DNA from: Nymphaea colorata
Taxonomy: Eukaryota
Assembly: GCF_008831285.2 (NCBI RefSeq)
Contig: NC_045138.2
Coordinates: 6,572,001 to 6,636,000 of the forward strand
Length of the DNA: 64,000 nucleotides
Reading direction: 5' to 3'
Shown here: piece after piece, positions 35,180 to 47,806 of the stretch
Layout: each line of letters opens with the position of its first letter
Position numbering within the stretch: the stretch's first letter is position 1
Position numbers and translations under genes: made by a program
Notes under the pieces: generated by a model
Database searches by the model: none
The model's input: only the letters and a program-made list of their open reading frames with translations
What the model was told of the DNA's origin: nothing

Positions 35180-35500
35180 CTCTCAACTGCTTTTGATTGA
35201 ATGTAGTAGTTGAGATGTTATCAAGACGTCTTCGAAGAGAAGTTGAGAGAAAGAGTATTATGATTCCTTGGTTAGCAGGTGCTAATTGTTTTGAATCTCC
35301 AAGTATATTTTTTGTTGATGGCATGATAATTTTTAGTAGCTGAGCCAAGACAAGTTTGTTCTACTAAAAATGTGTTAACACAGTTTGTAAACAGTGCAGT
35401 GCTATGTATTAATAATAATAAGTCATCCTTCATTGTTTTCCATGTTCAAAATGTAGTATGTACAGAAATGGCTGGCTTCTTGGGATGGGGCAAGATTGGT
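35180..35500 (+). mobile_element. Degenerate LINE reverse-transcriptase fragment in the NLR2 3' flank
   Basis: VVEMLSRRLRREVEK...SIFFVDGMIIF resembles the non-LTR RT segment leading to (F/Y)ADD. Confidence 0.6.
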
Positions 35501-35566
35501 ACTAGTCATGGTTTATTGTGTGGTGACCATTTATGGTGGTTCCAGTGACAAATTATAGTTCTTTTA

Positions 35567-35968
35567 GAGGGCGTTTGATGGCCTTGAATTTTGATTCTAT
35601 AATTAAAATTGTAAAAACCAAATTCTACCACGAATTAGAATTCAAATGAAAAATCTACTTCTACTTTTCCTTTGTATTTAATAATCTGAAATTCTGTTTT
35701 TAGAAATGTCATGTTTGATAAAAAAGAAATTCAAATTCTATAATTGACGAATTACAACCTTCATGACATCTATGTGCCCTAAAGAAATATGAAAAAAATT
35801 ATAAAATTTTAGAATCATAAGTCCACCCCCTAAGGTACAAGCACAATTCTAGAATTTTTATTCAACAATGAACCAATAATTTGAGAATCAATATTCTTCA
35901 ATTGATAATGCAATTCTCATTTCATCAAAAAATGAGAATTTTGATTCTAGAAATCCACAAATACTCAC
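35567..35968. mobile_element. Tourist-like MITE (paralogue of 16066-16463)
   Basis: TTA-GAGGGCGTTTGA...ATACTCAC-TTA; interior colinear with the NLR1 copy. Confidence 0.7.
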
Positions 35969-36239
35969 TTAGGTATGTCAATATATTTGATTTGAATCAC
36001 ATATCCAATCTATCGGATTCAGCTTAAAAAATGACATCTAATTGGATTCAGTTATACATAAATATCCAATCGGATTCGGATACGGATTCAGATCAAATTT
36101 ATTTTTAACCAAATATCCTATATGCAATGCTATTACTTTCTGAAAATAGGCCAATATTGGTTCAATATTCATATTGAGATTTTGATAAGAATGTAAAAAA
36201 TAGATTCGTTTCATATTCAGATTGTAAAAGAGCAAAAAA

Positions 36240-36627
36240 GGATTTTAAGGGAGAAATTAAAGAGAGCGTGAGAGAGAGAGAGAGAGAAATCAGTGAAAGA
36301 GAAAGAGAGATCTTAAGAGAGAAATGAAAGGGAAAGAGTGATTAATAAAAGGGACCGAAAGAGAGATTTTAGGGCAAAAGTCGAAGAGAGATTAGCAAAT
36401 CCAAGGGAGCGCCAGAGACTAATAAAAGAGAGATTTTAAGACAGAAATCCGAGAGAGAGATCGAAGAGAGAGACTAATAAACGAGAAACAGAAAGATATT
36501 TTAGCGTAGAAATAAAGGAGAGGGAGAGAGATATTATAAAAAAGAGAAAAAAAGATTCATTATAGATGAATCAAAGTGAGAGAGAAAGTGATATTTAAAA
36601 GGGAGAAAAAAAAGAAAAATTGAGAAA

Positions 36628-36677
<50 letters not shown>

Positions 36678-36679
36678 CT

Positions 36680-36718
<39 letters not shown>

Positions 36719-37580
36719 GTTAAAAAAAAGTGAAAGAGAGACTTCTAATGAAAAGATAGAGAAAGAGTAATAGGAGAGAAAGAGAGATAAAAAGAGATTT
36801 AAAGAGAGAAATTGAAAAGAGCTAGAAAGAGAGGTTTCCTATAATGAAGACATCTTAATTTTTTGTAGAAACTAAAATTGTAAGTTTAAAAATGAAGTTT
36901 TGATATTTGCCAACTTTATAATTTTTTACATAGGTTGGAAATGAACTAGTTGACGAAAAGACTCTTTTGGGACACTAAATAGAATAGTCAATATATAGTT
37001 ATCAAGAAAATGAATATAAGAATGTGGTTAAAGTGATTTAAAACTAAAAAACTGAGAAATAAAGATTTTAAGAGAGAAATCATCAAGAGAGAAAGAGAGA
37101 GGGAGAGATAGATTAATAAAATAGAGAGAAAGTGAGATTTTAAGAGAGATTAATAAAATAGAGAGTTTAATAGAAAAATCAAAGGGAGAGAGATTAATAA
37201 AAAAGAGTAAAAATAATTTATGAGAAATTAGAAGATAGAGAGAGATTCAAGAGAGAGAAAGAAATTGAAAAGATAGAATTAAAAGAGATAGAAAGAGATT
37301 TTAAGAGAGAGAGAGAAATTGGGAGAGATGTTAAGTGTAGAAAGAAAAAAAGATGTTAAAAGGGAAAATTAAAGAGAGAGGGATTCATAAAAGAGCAAAG
37401 AAGAAAACTTCTAAGAGAGAAGTTAGACAGAGAGAGAGAGAGATTAATAAAGCAGAAAAATTTTAAGAGAGAAATCAGAGAGAGGAAGAGATAGAGATCA
37501 ATAAAAAAGAGAGAAAAAAAAAAAAGAGAAATTGGAGAGAGAAAACAAAAAAGATGTTAATAAAAAAGAGAGAGGGAATT
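36240..37580 (+). repeat. Long GA-rich degenerate repeat tract with embedded (TA)n/(GA)n
   Basis: Direct read; recurring GATTTTAAGAGAGAAAT and GATTAATAAAA motifs. Confidence 0.88.
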
Positions 37581-37721
37581 GATTGTCAATTAATTTTGCT
37601 TTCACTTTTGAAATCATACCTAACAGTTAACTTGCCCAAACATGGAATGAAGAACAAATTGATAGTGGCCTTTTGTTCTCCTAACACAGATTCATTTTTT
37701 AAAAGAAATTATTTGTTTTTC

Positions 37722-38069
37722 GGCATGTTTGGAAGGAGGGAAAGGAAAGAAAAGGGAGAGATGAAAAGGAAAGGAAAGGAATGGGAAGGGAATGAGGAGA
37801 GAAATTAAAGGAAAGGAAAGTGAATGAAAGCGACAATCATAAAGCTTAGCTTGTTTGAATAGAAGGTAAGCAACAAAAGGAGTAACTTTTTTCATTTCCA
37901 TCTCAATCTCTTCAATTTTGGAGGGATATGATTTACATTAGGTTATCATTTTCTTTTCTTTGCAACCAAACATGTTTTTTTTTCCTTCATTTTTCCTCCT
38001 TTTGACTTAACCAATTGAACACAGGATTGACTACCCTTTCCCTTGCTTTCCCTCCATCCAAATAGGCCC
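37722..38069. mobile_element. Tourist-like MITE
   Basis: GGCATGTTTGGA...TCCAAATAGGCC TIRs with complementary GGAAA-rich and TTTCC-rich subterminal arms. Confidence 0.6.
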
Positions 38070-38101
38070 TCAATGATGTCTAGCATTAATTTTTTTCTCA
38101 C

Positions 38102-41100
38102 TGTTATCACCCCAATTTTTTTTAAAAAAAACTACTATTTTATTATTTGAATTTAAATTTTAGACCAAAAAAAAAAAAATTGCCACTATCGGATCCAAAA
38201 TGAATTTTTAAACCACTATCCAAACCAAAACAAAATTCAAATTCAAAACCCAACCTTAGATGCGAGATTCAAATCCAAAATCTAATTATCAAATCCGAAT
38301 TAGATTCAAGATCCAAGTTTAGATCCAATTGGGAATGCAAAAACTCTTTCATCTTGAATTGAAACCTTGAATTCGAATGTTGAATTTTAGCTCCAAAACT
38401 TTTCCCTCTTGAATTCAAATATTGAATTTTGGCTCCAAAATCTCTATAAATACCCTCACAATCCTTCCTCTTGAGTATGAGCCAACCATGGAGGAACTTC
38501 TCATGCTTCCCCACTTGAAATTTTTTATTTTCCTTAGCTCTCTCTTTCCATTTCTTTCTTCTTCTCCAACATTGGGAACAAACATTCTTCAAGTTCGAAC
38601 TCCTCAAGGGAGCACAAAGAGATCTCTTGGTGGTTCATCATCTTTGTCTGACCTCCTATTCTTGAACATGATAGCTATCTATTGGCTCAATTACTAACTT
38701 TGTTTGACTCAAGTCATACATATTTTTTTTTTGCCTCAACACCCATTGTATATATTTCTCCCTATTTGTATTACTTTCATGATTTTATTGGCTAATCATT
38801 TATTCCAAATTGAATATCAATCTTTGCTATACTCCATTTTCAATCATCAGACATGTGATTTTAACTTATTGAATATATATGTATCAAGCTTCATGCATTT
38901 ATTATACTCTACTGGAGGTCCAATCCTTTCGAAGTTAAGATTCTATATAAGTGATAACTTGCTCACAATTTTCTCTATTTTCCTATATTATTAACTTGAC
39001 ATCTCTCTATAAAAATCACTATTTACCAATCATATTTCTACAATAAATTTCTTTCCTACAAGCTTCATCCCAATTATTTGTCATTAAAGACAAATCAAAA
39101 ATTATTTTATATCCAAGCTCATACACACAATACTACCTTTCACCCTCACATATCAATTTTCTTTATATAATTTTGTTCACGCATTCATTTTATTGATGCA
39201 ATTTCCATTATTTTCTTCGCCTCAGTCTCAGTTCGTGATCATCGCATGCTTGACTGAGGTCATGCATTGCATTTTTTCCTCATTTATATTTAGCGAAATA
39301 ATTTTCTAGCTTCAATATCTATGGTGTGTCTTTCTTCCCATTTTACTACTTCCGTCCTTTTATTGGGTCATCATTTTTAATTGTCGGACACTTATTTTTA
39401 ATTTATTCATCCACCCCTATTGTCCTATATTATCTCGCTATGGGAATCACCATCTACCGATCATATTATCATTTTCTTTCCTATAAGCTTTGTCTCAATT
39501 TTGTTTCATTAAAGATAAAACAAAAATTCTTTCATACCAAAGCTCATATTACCTTACTCCCTCATTTTCCTGTTAACGGAAAATATATCAATTTTCTTTA
39601 TTTAATTTTGTCTACACCTTTTTTTCATTGAGACAATTTCCATTATTTTCTTCGCCTCAGTTTCAATTCAAAACATCAACCTTCTACCTTCTGCTAAGTA
39701 CATTCACGCATTCTGTTTTGAATCAGATTCTATCCATTATCAATCATGGCAATTGCTAATACTGGGGCTTTTTTTTTTAATTATGAATATTTCGAGGCAT
39801 TTTTAAAATGTTTTTGCGACACACATTTTTCTTTCACAATCATCATTGTCCATAGAAAAAGAGGGATCATATCCCAATCAAGTCAACTCAGCTACTAAGC
39901 TAAAGATTTGATCAAACGCAATCCGGTCGCTAGGTTCGGAGTATTCTAAAGTCAGCTCAACCTGGTCGCCAGGAAGAGAATCTTATGAAGCAAGCGCAAC
40001 CTGGCCATTTGGCCAAGGGCTTTTCAAAGCAAGCTCAACCCAAACACTAATTTGGGAAATTTTATTAAACAAGTTCAAAATCCAGACTTTGGTGAAAACA
40101 AAAACTTCACCATAAGGTCGAGGTGATAGGATGTTTCTTGTCACAACCAATGTTGGAGCAATAGAGTTTCATTCCTTGTTTCAACAAAGGTATTCGAGGT
40201 GATGAGGGTTCTTTCCTGACATTGCCACTTGTTATCGAGCAACCCATTCAGGAAAGGGGTAAAACCTGAAATTATTGACAAAAGAGTAACCCACACAAGT
40301 AAAGGGGTTAAACCTGCAATGCAAGCCAAAGCAACCCACGTAGGCATAGGGGTTAAACCTGCAATGTAAGCCAAAGCAACCCACACACGTAAGGGGTTAA
40401 ACCAACAATGTAAGCTCAAACAACCCATTCAGGTAAGAGGTTAAAACCTGAAATACAGTTTCAACATTTTTAATCATTTTAGCCAAAATTTTCATCACTC
40501 AAAATTTGGGGTGTTTATCTTTGCCACTAAGCACGGCAAATGCCCGCTTAATAGCAAAGAGAGGCATCTGTTATCACATGAAATTTTTCAAAAAAACTAC
40601 TATTTTATTATTTGAATTTAAATTTTAGACCAGAAAAAATTGCCACTATTTGATCCAAAATGAACTTTTAAACCGTTATCCAAACGAAAAAAAAATTCAA
40701 ATTCAAAACCCAACCTTAGACACGAGATTGAAATCTAAAATCCAATTATCAAATCCGAATTAGATCCAAGATTCAAGTTTAGAGCCAATCGGGAATTTCA
40801 AAACTCTTTTCTCTTGAATTCAAATTTTGAATTTTAGCTCCAAAATCTCTCTAAATACCCCTACAATCCCCCCTCTTGAGTATGAGCCAACCATGGAGGA
40901 ACCTCTCATGCTTCCCCACTTGAAATTTTTTATTTTTCTTAGCTCTCTCTTTTCATTTCTTTCTTCTTCTCCAACATTGGGAACAAACATTCTTCAAGTT
41001 CAAACTCCTCAAAGGAGCACAAAGAGATCTCTTGGTGGTTCATCACCTTAGGTGACTCCAAGATTATTCAAAAGAGAGAGCTCATTTATAACATCATTCA

Positions 41101-42036
41101 TATTTGATGTATGTAATTTTCCCCTCATTTTCATCTATTTCCTCTTTTCCTCTTGCCGCCTCCCCATGGCCGTGCAAGAAAGCTCAAATGATTTCTTATC
41201 TGGAATCAAGAGCTATGTCTTGAGTGCACAGGGAGTATGCGCAAGGTGGAATAAATTCCATTTCTTCATTTTATCTCCCAAAATATGCTTGCTATATTGT
41301 CTTTCTCCTCAACTATGCTTGAAATAATGCTCATGCATGATGTTCTAATTTTCTTTAATTGATGAGCACAGTGAGAATGAGTGATTGGGGTTGGTATTTC
41401 TTCATTCTTGTATTGATTTTTGAGGTTGGGACTTGTCCAACCTGGGAAAGTGCTCCACGAATTTGTACATGTTAAAGTGCATCTTCATGTCATTTTCACG
41501 CTTATCTTATTTCTTAATCACCTGATTGGGGACCCCAATGAGTGCTTTCCTACGTTGCTCTTAATTTCATGTTTTTTTTTTTTTTTCTTTCATACCCAAC
41601 GGTGGTAGAAATCAATTTTCTTGTAATAGTTGTGGTTTTTATTCGCATACAAGAATATTTAGAACCATATTTTACAAAAGATTTTCAAAACCAAATATTC
41701 TTTGTAATATGGCCTTGAAGACTTAACTTAGGTTCTTGGATGAGCCCAAACTCCCCTCCAGCCTATATCAAAAATTGAAGTCGGCTATTTTCAAGCCATT
41801 TCTTCATTTTAATACTCATGAAGACATATGCGTATATACATGTTATATATGTATGCGTGCACATGAATATCTTTCTTTGTCATTCTTTCTTTATAATTTA
41901 ACATGCTTTTACAAACTCTCGTATATGTATATATGAATATATATACGTGTATTCCATTTTTAAATATCTCTCTCTCTTTCTAAAATGATCTTCTCTTCTC
42001 TATTTGATTTAAACCTCATTTTCACAAGCTTTCATA
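38102..42036 (+). mobile_element. Non-coding LTR retroelement derivative, probably Ogre/Tat-like: truncated LTR, 3'UTR-like interior with tandem repeats, PPT, second LTR
   Basis: Direct repeats 38102-38641 and 40569-41046 both start TGTTATCAC. A purine tract GCAAAGAGAGGCATC lies just before the second, and tandem arrays lie at about 39880-40080 and 40241-40453. No coding domain was seen. Confidence 0.55.
40241..40453 (+). repeat. About 45-bp minisatellite, about 4.7 copies
   Basis: AACCCA...AGGGGTTAAACCTGCAATG units start at 40241, 40288, about 40334, 40378 and 40422. Confidence 0.9.
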
Positions 42037-43210
42037 TTCTCTTTGATTTCTCTCTTCAAATATTCTTTTATCAATTTTTTTCTCTTTTCGCTTTCTCTCT
42101 CTCTCTCTCTTTGATTTCTCCTTCAAAATCTTTTTTTTCTTTTATATATTAATCGTTGTTTATCTCTCTTTGATTTATCTCTTAAAATATTTTTTCTCTC
42201 TTTTTATTAATCACTCTCTAACTCTCTAATTTCTTTCTTAAATGTCTCTTTCTCTCACTTTTATTAATCCCTCTCTCTTTGAATTCTTTTTTAAAATTTC
42301 CTTTTTCTCTTTCTTTTATTAATATCTTACTCACTCTTTCGATCTTTCCTTCTCCCTCTCTCTTCAATTTCTTTCTTAGAATATCTTTGTTGTTTTATTA
42401 ATCTTCCTCTCCCTCTCTCTCTCTCTCTCTCTTCAATTTCTTTTTCAAAATCTCTCTCTCCCTCTCTCCCTCTCTCCCTCTCTTTTATTAACCTCTCTTT
42501 CTGTTATTGTTTTCTCTATCCAATTTCTCTTTTAAAATATGTTTTTTTTTTCCTTTTTATTGTTCTCTCAATCTCTCTCTCTGATTCTCTCTTAATTTTT
42601 TTTTGCTTTATTAATATCTCACTCTCTTTGTTTGATTTCTCTCTCTCCTCGATTTTTATCTCTTTTATTAACCTCTCTCTTTTTTATTTTTCTCTTTAAC
42701 ATCCCTTTTCCTCTTTGATTCATCTATTAACTAATTTTTCTCTCTCTTCAATGTCTTTCTACGATTCTTTTTAATCTCACTTTTTATTTCTTTTATTAAT
42801 CTATTTCTATGTTAAAATATCTTTTTATCACTTGTTTATTAGTCTCTCCCTTCGATCTCTCCCACGGTTTTCTCTCTTAAGATTTCTCACTCTCTCTTTG
42901 ATTAGTTTTGTCTCTTCCTCATTCTTCAATATCTCTCTTAAAGTTTCTTTTTTCTCTTTTTTATAAATTTCCTCCATATGTCCCTCTTCATTTTGTCTCT
43001 CTTCTTTAAATCTCTGCCTCTTTTAATTTCTCTCTTTGTTTTTCTCTTTCTTTTGTTAATCTCACTTCATCTCTCTCTTTGATTTTTCTCTTAAAATCTT
43101 CCTTTCTGTTCCTCTCTTAAGATCTATTTTTCTCTATATTTCATTAATTTTTCTCTCTCTCACTCTCTTTGATTTCTCTCTTAACTCTTTTTTCTCTCTT
43201 TTATTAGCAC
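42037..43210 (-). repeat. CT-rich tract (reverse-strand GA tract); others at about 44950-46015, 48360-48970 and 49490-49870
   Basis: Recurring TTTCTCTCTTAAAATC and TTTTATTAATC motifs. Confidence 0.88.
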
Positions 43211-43548
43211 CCATCTCTATTTAGATTCGACTACGAACAAAAAAAAATACATCGAAATCCGAAATTAAATCCAATTTTACAATCTGAATCTTATCCAAAT
43301 CTGATTTTTACATTCATATCAGAATCCCAATCTGAATATTGAACCAAAATTGGCATTTTCAAAATGTAATAGCATTGCATATAGGATATTTGGTTAAAAA
43401 TAAATTTGATCTGAATTCATATCCGAATATGATAGGATATTTATGTATAACCGAATCCGACCGAATGTCACTTCTTAAAGCTAAATAGGATCCAATTTCT
43501 TAATCAAATTAGATATGCAATTCAAATCAGATAAATTGACTTCCCTAT

Positions 43549-43936
43549 GTGAGTATTTGACGAGGCCAGAATTGTGGATTTGAAGAAAAAAAAATCTCTT
43601 TTTTTGATGAAATGATAATTGAATTACCAAATGAAGAATATTGATTCTCGAATTATTGGTTCATTGTTGAATCAAATTTTATAATTTTATAATTTTATAA
43701 TTTTTTTCATCTTTCAAGAGGACTCATGCATGTTATGAAGGTTGTAATTCGTCAATTATTGAATTTAAATTTTTGTTTGATCAGACATGACATTTTCAAT
43801 TCTGAAACCAGAATTAGATTATTAAATGCAAAGGAAAACTATAAGTGGAGTTTTCATTTGAATTCTAGTTGGAGGTAGAATTTAGTTTTTGCAATTTTAA
43901 TTATAGAATCAAAATTCAAGGCCATCAAATGCCCTC
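43549..43936. mobile_element. Tourist-like MITE (inverted paralogue in the NLR3 3' flank)
   Basis: GTGAGTATTTGA...TCAAATGCCCTC; reverse complement of the 16066 and 35567 copies. Confidence 0.7.
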
Positions 43937-44029
43937 CAAAAGAACAATAGTTCATCATTAAAACCACCATAAACAGTCGCCGCACAATAAACCATGGCTA
44001 GTACCAATCTTGCACTTGGGAAGGAAAAA

Positions 44030-44400
44030 AGTTTTGTCCTATCCCAAGAAGCCACCAATTTTTGTACATGCTTCGCTTTCAACATGAAAAACAATAAAGG
44101 ATGACTTCTAATTATTAATACATAGCCCTACACTGCCTGCAAACTCTGTTAACATATTTTTAGTAGAAACAATTAGCACCTGCTAACCAAGGAATCATAA
44201 TATTCTTTCTTTGAACTTCTCTTCTAAGACGTCTTGAGAACATCTCAACTACTACATGCAATGAAAAGTAGTTGAGAACACATTGACACAATCCCTTCTT
44301 ACTACCAAAAATCTTTCCCTCTCTCCTATTAATAAACATTGCACAAAGATTCACTTCACTCAGTTTAAAATCCCATATTCTTGAAGTGATTGATCACTCC
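44030..44400 (-). mobile_element. Degenerate LINE RT fragment (longer inverted paralogue of 35180-35500)
   Basis: FINRREGKIFGSKKGLCQCVLNYFSLHVVVEMFSRRL resembles the RT motif INGxxxGxFxxxRGLRQGDPLSPxLFxxxxExLSR. Confidence 0.65.
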
Positions 44401-46030
44401 TCACAGACATTAATGGTCATAAGAACCTAAGAATTTGTAAAGACGCTTAGCACCTAAGGACATAAAGGTGACCAAGGGAAAATTGACATCACTTTAGCTC
44501 AACCTTGTGAGGCAGAGGGAAGGGGGAAGGGCTTGGAGGCAGAGGGAAGGGGGAAGGGCTTCTACCTTTTTGCATTGGGCTTATTGCAATTCACCTTCTT
44601 GAAGCTCAATCATCCATTTGTCATACCATCAAAAATATTTTTCCCAGTATTTTTATTTTTCTATAATGATCGTGGAGAAATCTTAGATGCTAGTAGCTGG
44701 TCCTCAGATTTGTTATGTTCCTTCTGCATGATTGTGTGACAGTTAGCTCCTAGTCACCTTCTCCCGCTTCTAGCTCTCAATGTAACTTGCCAGAAAATAA
44801 ATTAAATCAATGGCCAATTTCAAGCATTAATGATAATTGACAAGTTAGAGCAGACTACTCCAACTGATGTATGCCTCATGCACATCCTTAAAATTAACAT
44901 TCAACCTACGAGTCCTATCGCTACATTTAGATCTTTTGTGGATTCATTTCCCTCTAATTTCTTTCTTCCAATTTTCTCTCTCCTTTATTAATCTTATTTT
45001 CCTTTTCTCCTTGCTCTCTCTCTCTCTCAAACTCCCATCTCTATCTCTTTCCTGACTCTTTTATTAATATCTCTCTTCTTTGATTTCTTCCTTAAAATAT
45101 CTCCTTTTCTCTCTTTTATTAATCTCTCTTTGTCTCTCTCGTCTCTCTCTCTCTCTCTTTGATTTCTCTCTTAAAATCTTGCTAATTACTCTTTTATTTT
45201 TAAACCACAACTTTGACCACATTCTTTTCTTCATTTTCTTGTCCATTCTATTAGTGTCTCAAAAGTGCATTTTCCTTGAGAAGTACATCCACCATAGAAT
45301 TGAAATACATCAAGAGAACGAGAAGAGTTACTTTCATTAACTTCTTCTCAAGTAGACTATTCCTCCAAATAGTGTGGGCCCATACTCAATGGTGGGAAGG
45401 GCTTTCCCTTCTGGAATACATTATTCTTTGAATACTCTTTCTATCTCATCAATTTTCACTTAAAATTTCTTCCATTTTTCTAAAATTTCTCTCTCTTCAA
45501 GTCTATCTTAAAATGTCTCTTTTTACCTTTTATAATTTCTCTCTCTCTCTTCGATTTCTTTATTTCTCTCTCCCCCCAATTTATCTTTCGCTTTTAAAAT
45601 CTATCTCTCTCTTTGATATTTTTTTCAATTTCTTTTTAAAATTCTTTTTTTCTTTCTTTTATTAATGTATCTCTCTCTCTTCTATTTTTCCGTTAAAAAT
45701 TTTTTCTCTGTCGTTTACTACTTTCTCTCTCCGATCTCTCTCTCTTTTCTCTTGGATTCCTCTCTTAAAATCTCTTTTGCATCTTTCTTAGTAATTCCCA
45801 TCGCACTCTCTCTTCAATTTACCTCTCCTCTTTAAATCTCTTTCTCTTTAATTTCTCCCTTTAATTATTTTGTCCCACTTTCATTAATATCTCTTCGAAT
45901 TCTCTCTTAAAATCTCTCTTCCTCTCTTTTTCATTAATAACTCTCTTTCTTTAATTTTTCTCTTAAGATCTCGCTTTCTCCCTTTTTTATTAATCTCTCT
46001 TCCTTTATCTCTTTAGTTTATGTCACTCAC

Positions 46031-47806
46031 TTATGTAAGGTCCATAAATTGGTAAGTTTCTCTAAGCCTTCTGCATAAATTTCAAACACTCTGTTCCTTC
46101 GAGCCCAAGATACCTCAGGTTGCACAGTTCACCCATTTCCTCGGGCAAGTCTTCACTTTCACTAAAACTTAAATCCAATGTTTGCAAGTTACAGAGTCAA
46201 TTGACCTGGGCAATCGTTTGACATGAGAGCGGGTTAGATTGAAATACTTTAGAAGTGAAAGGCATTCAATGGAGTTAGGTAGTTCATCCATTTGACATCG
46301 CATCAATGACAACACCCTCAACCACTTGAATTGGGTGAGTTCCACCAAAGACAAGGATGCACTCAATAATGTCCGCACCTTATTTGCTGCTCCTAAGGCA
46401 TTATATTGCATGGCCACTTCTGCATTGTCTACACCAAGTAATGATAGATGGTGGGTTTGCTCAGTAGCGGAGGCATGGCTATATTCCTTTCCACCTATAT
46501 ATGAGGCAAGGTCATGTAAAACGTCATGCAATTTGAGACAAGTGCCCCCAAAAAATCTATCACGTGTTTCAATCAATCAACGCCTTGTCAAATCTTCATT
46601 GTATTGTTTGCTGTCACTTCTACACCTATGCCATCCTTGTCCTCAATCAATCCATGTGCCACCCATTGCATGATCAATCCCTCCCTTTCAATCTCATGAT
46701 CCTTTGGAAAATGCTGCAATAAACGAAACAGCTGCCTTAAATTAGGCGGCATGTCATCGTATCTCAGTATCATACCAGGAAGAATGCTACCATATTGAGA
46801 GAAAGAGGATGAGGCAGGCATCTTCCATTCCCAGATCACACTATTCGCAACCACCTTCCACTCTGCTTTTTCCAAGTTTTTTGTTCGCATTAAGGACCCA
46901 ACTGTTTGGACCACAAGTGGCAACCCACCGCACTTCTTGGCTAATTTTTTTGCAATATCTTGCAAATTATGGCTCGCCAAATCATTTTTGGTCCTGAATG
47001 CCTTGCTAAAAAATAAATTCCAACTCTCATCTTCGGGCAATATTGGCAATCTATGCATATATAAAGCTCCGACCCCTTTGGAGACATCTATATTTCGACT
47101 AGTGATCAAAATTTTGCTCTCCATTGCACCTCTCATAAGAGTGCTCTCTACCTCTTCGTGCCACCAATCTAGTTCTCATACATCATCTAAGATCAACAAA
47201 AATCTTTTATTCCATATTTGCACTGCCAACAATCTAGATCCCTTGCACACTTCCTTCAGTATTTTCCGTAATAAATCCTTACGGTTTGGCCTCTTAGAAA
47301 CACAAACCCACCAACTTCGTTCCCTAAACTGTTGTTCGACTTCACTAAAGACCATTTTTGCAAGAGTAGTCTTGCCGATCCCCCCTTCTCCTGCAATAGA
47401 GATAATAGAAACATCACACTTCTCTGTCATACTACTCTGTGTGGAGCAATTGGACAAGAGTTTTTACTATCACCCTTTCATCATTCTCCCTGCCTATGGG
47501 TGGTTGTGCACCTATGTGGTGGGTTGTCTCTTGAGGGTTGTCATCTTCACTAGGGCCCTGGCTACTCTCCTTGGGTTTTAGTCTGACCAGATCCATGTCC
47601 CAATCCTTTTCACGCTCGTTGCTTAAAAAGGGCTTGCGATCTGCATCTTTGATGGCCTTTTGGAAGATTTTCAGCTCCCTCCGTAGCTTCTTTAGATCAT
47701 CGTTGGCATTCAAGATAACGTCTGTCTTCTCTTTCAACAAATTAGTGACAGCGCCCACCAGATTGGAAATAGCTGTTTCAACAAGAGCACCTATTACTCC
47801 CGCCAT
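46031..47806 (-). pseudogene. NLR pseudogene (NLR3): CC-NB-ARC plus first LRRs, 3'-truncated
   Basis: Contains MAGVIGALVET, GEGGIGKTT, CGGLPL and LHDVLHDLASY. It has a stop in kinase-2 (DDV* at 47176-47178), several frameshifts and an in-frame CC deletion. Homology ends abruptly near 46031 at a CT tract. Confidence 0.93.

Noticed and set aside
31266..47806. Sensor/helper NLR pair
   Set aside because: Known pairs are typically head-to-head and from distinct clades. These are close paralogues in tandem or tail-to-tail arrangement, and NLR3 is broken.
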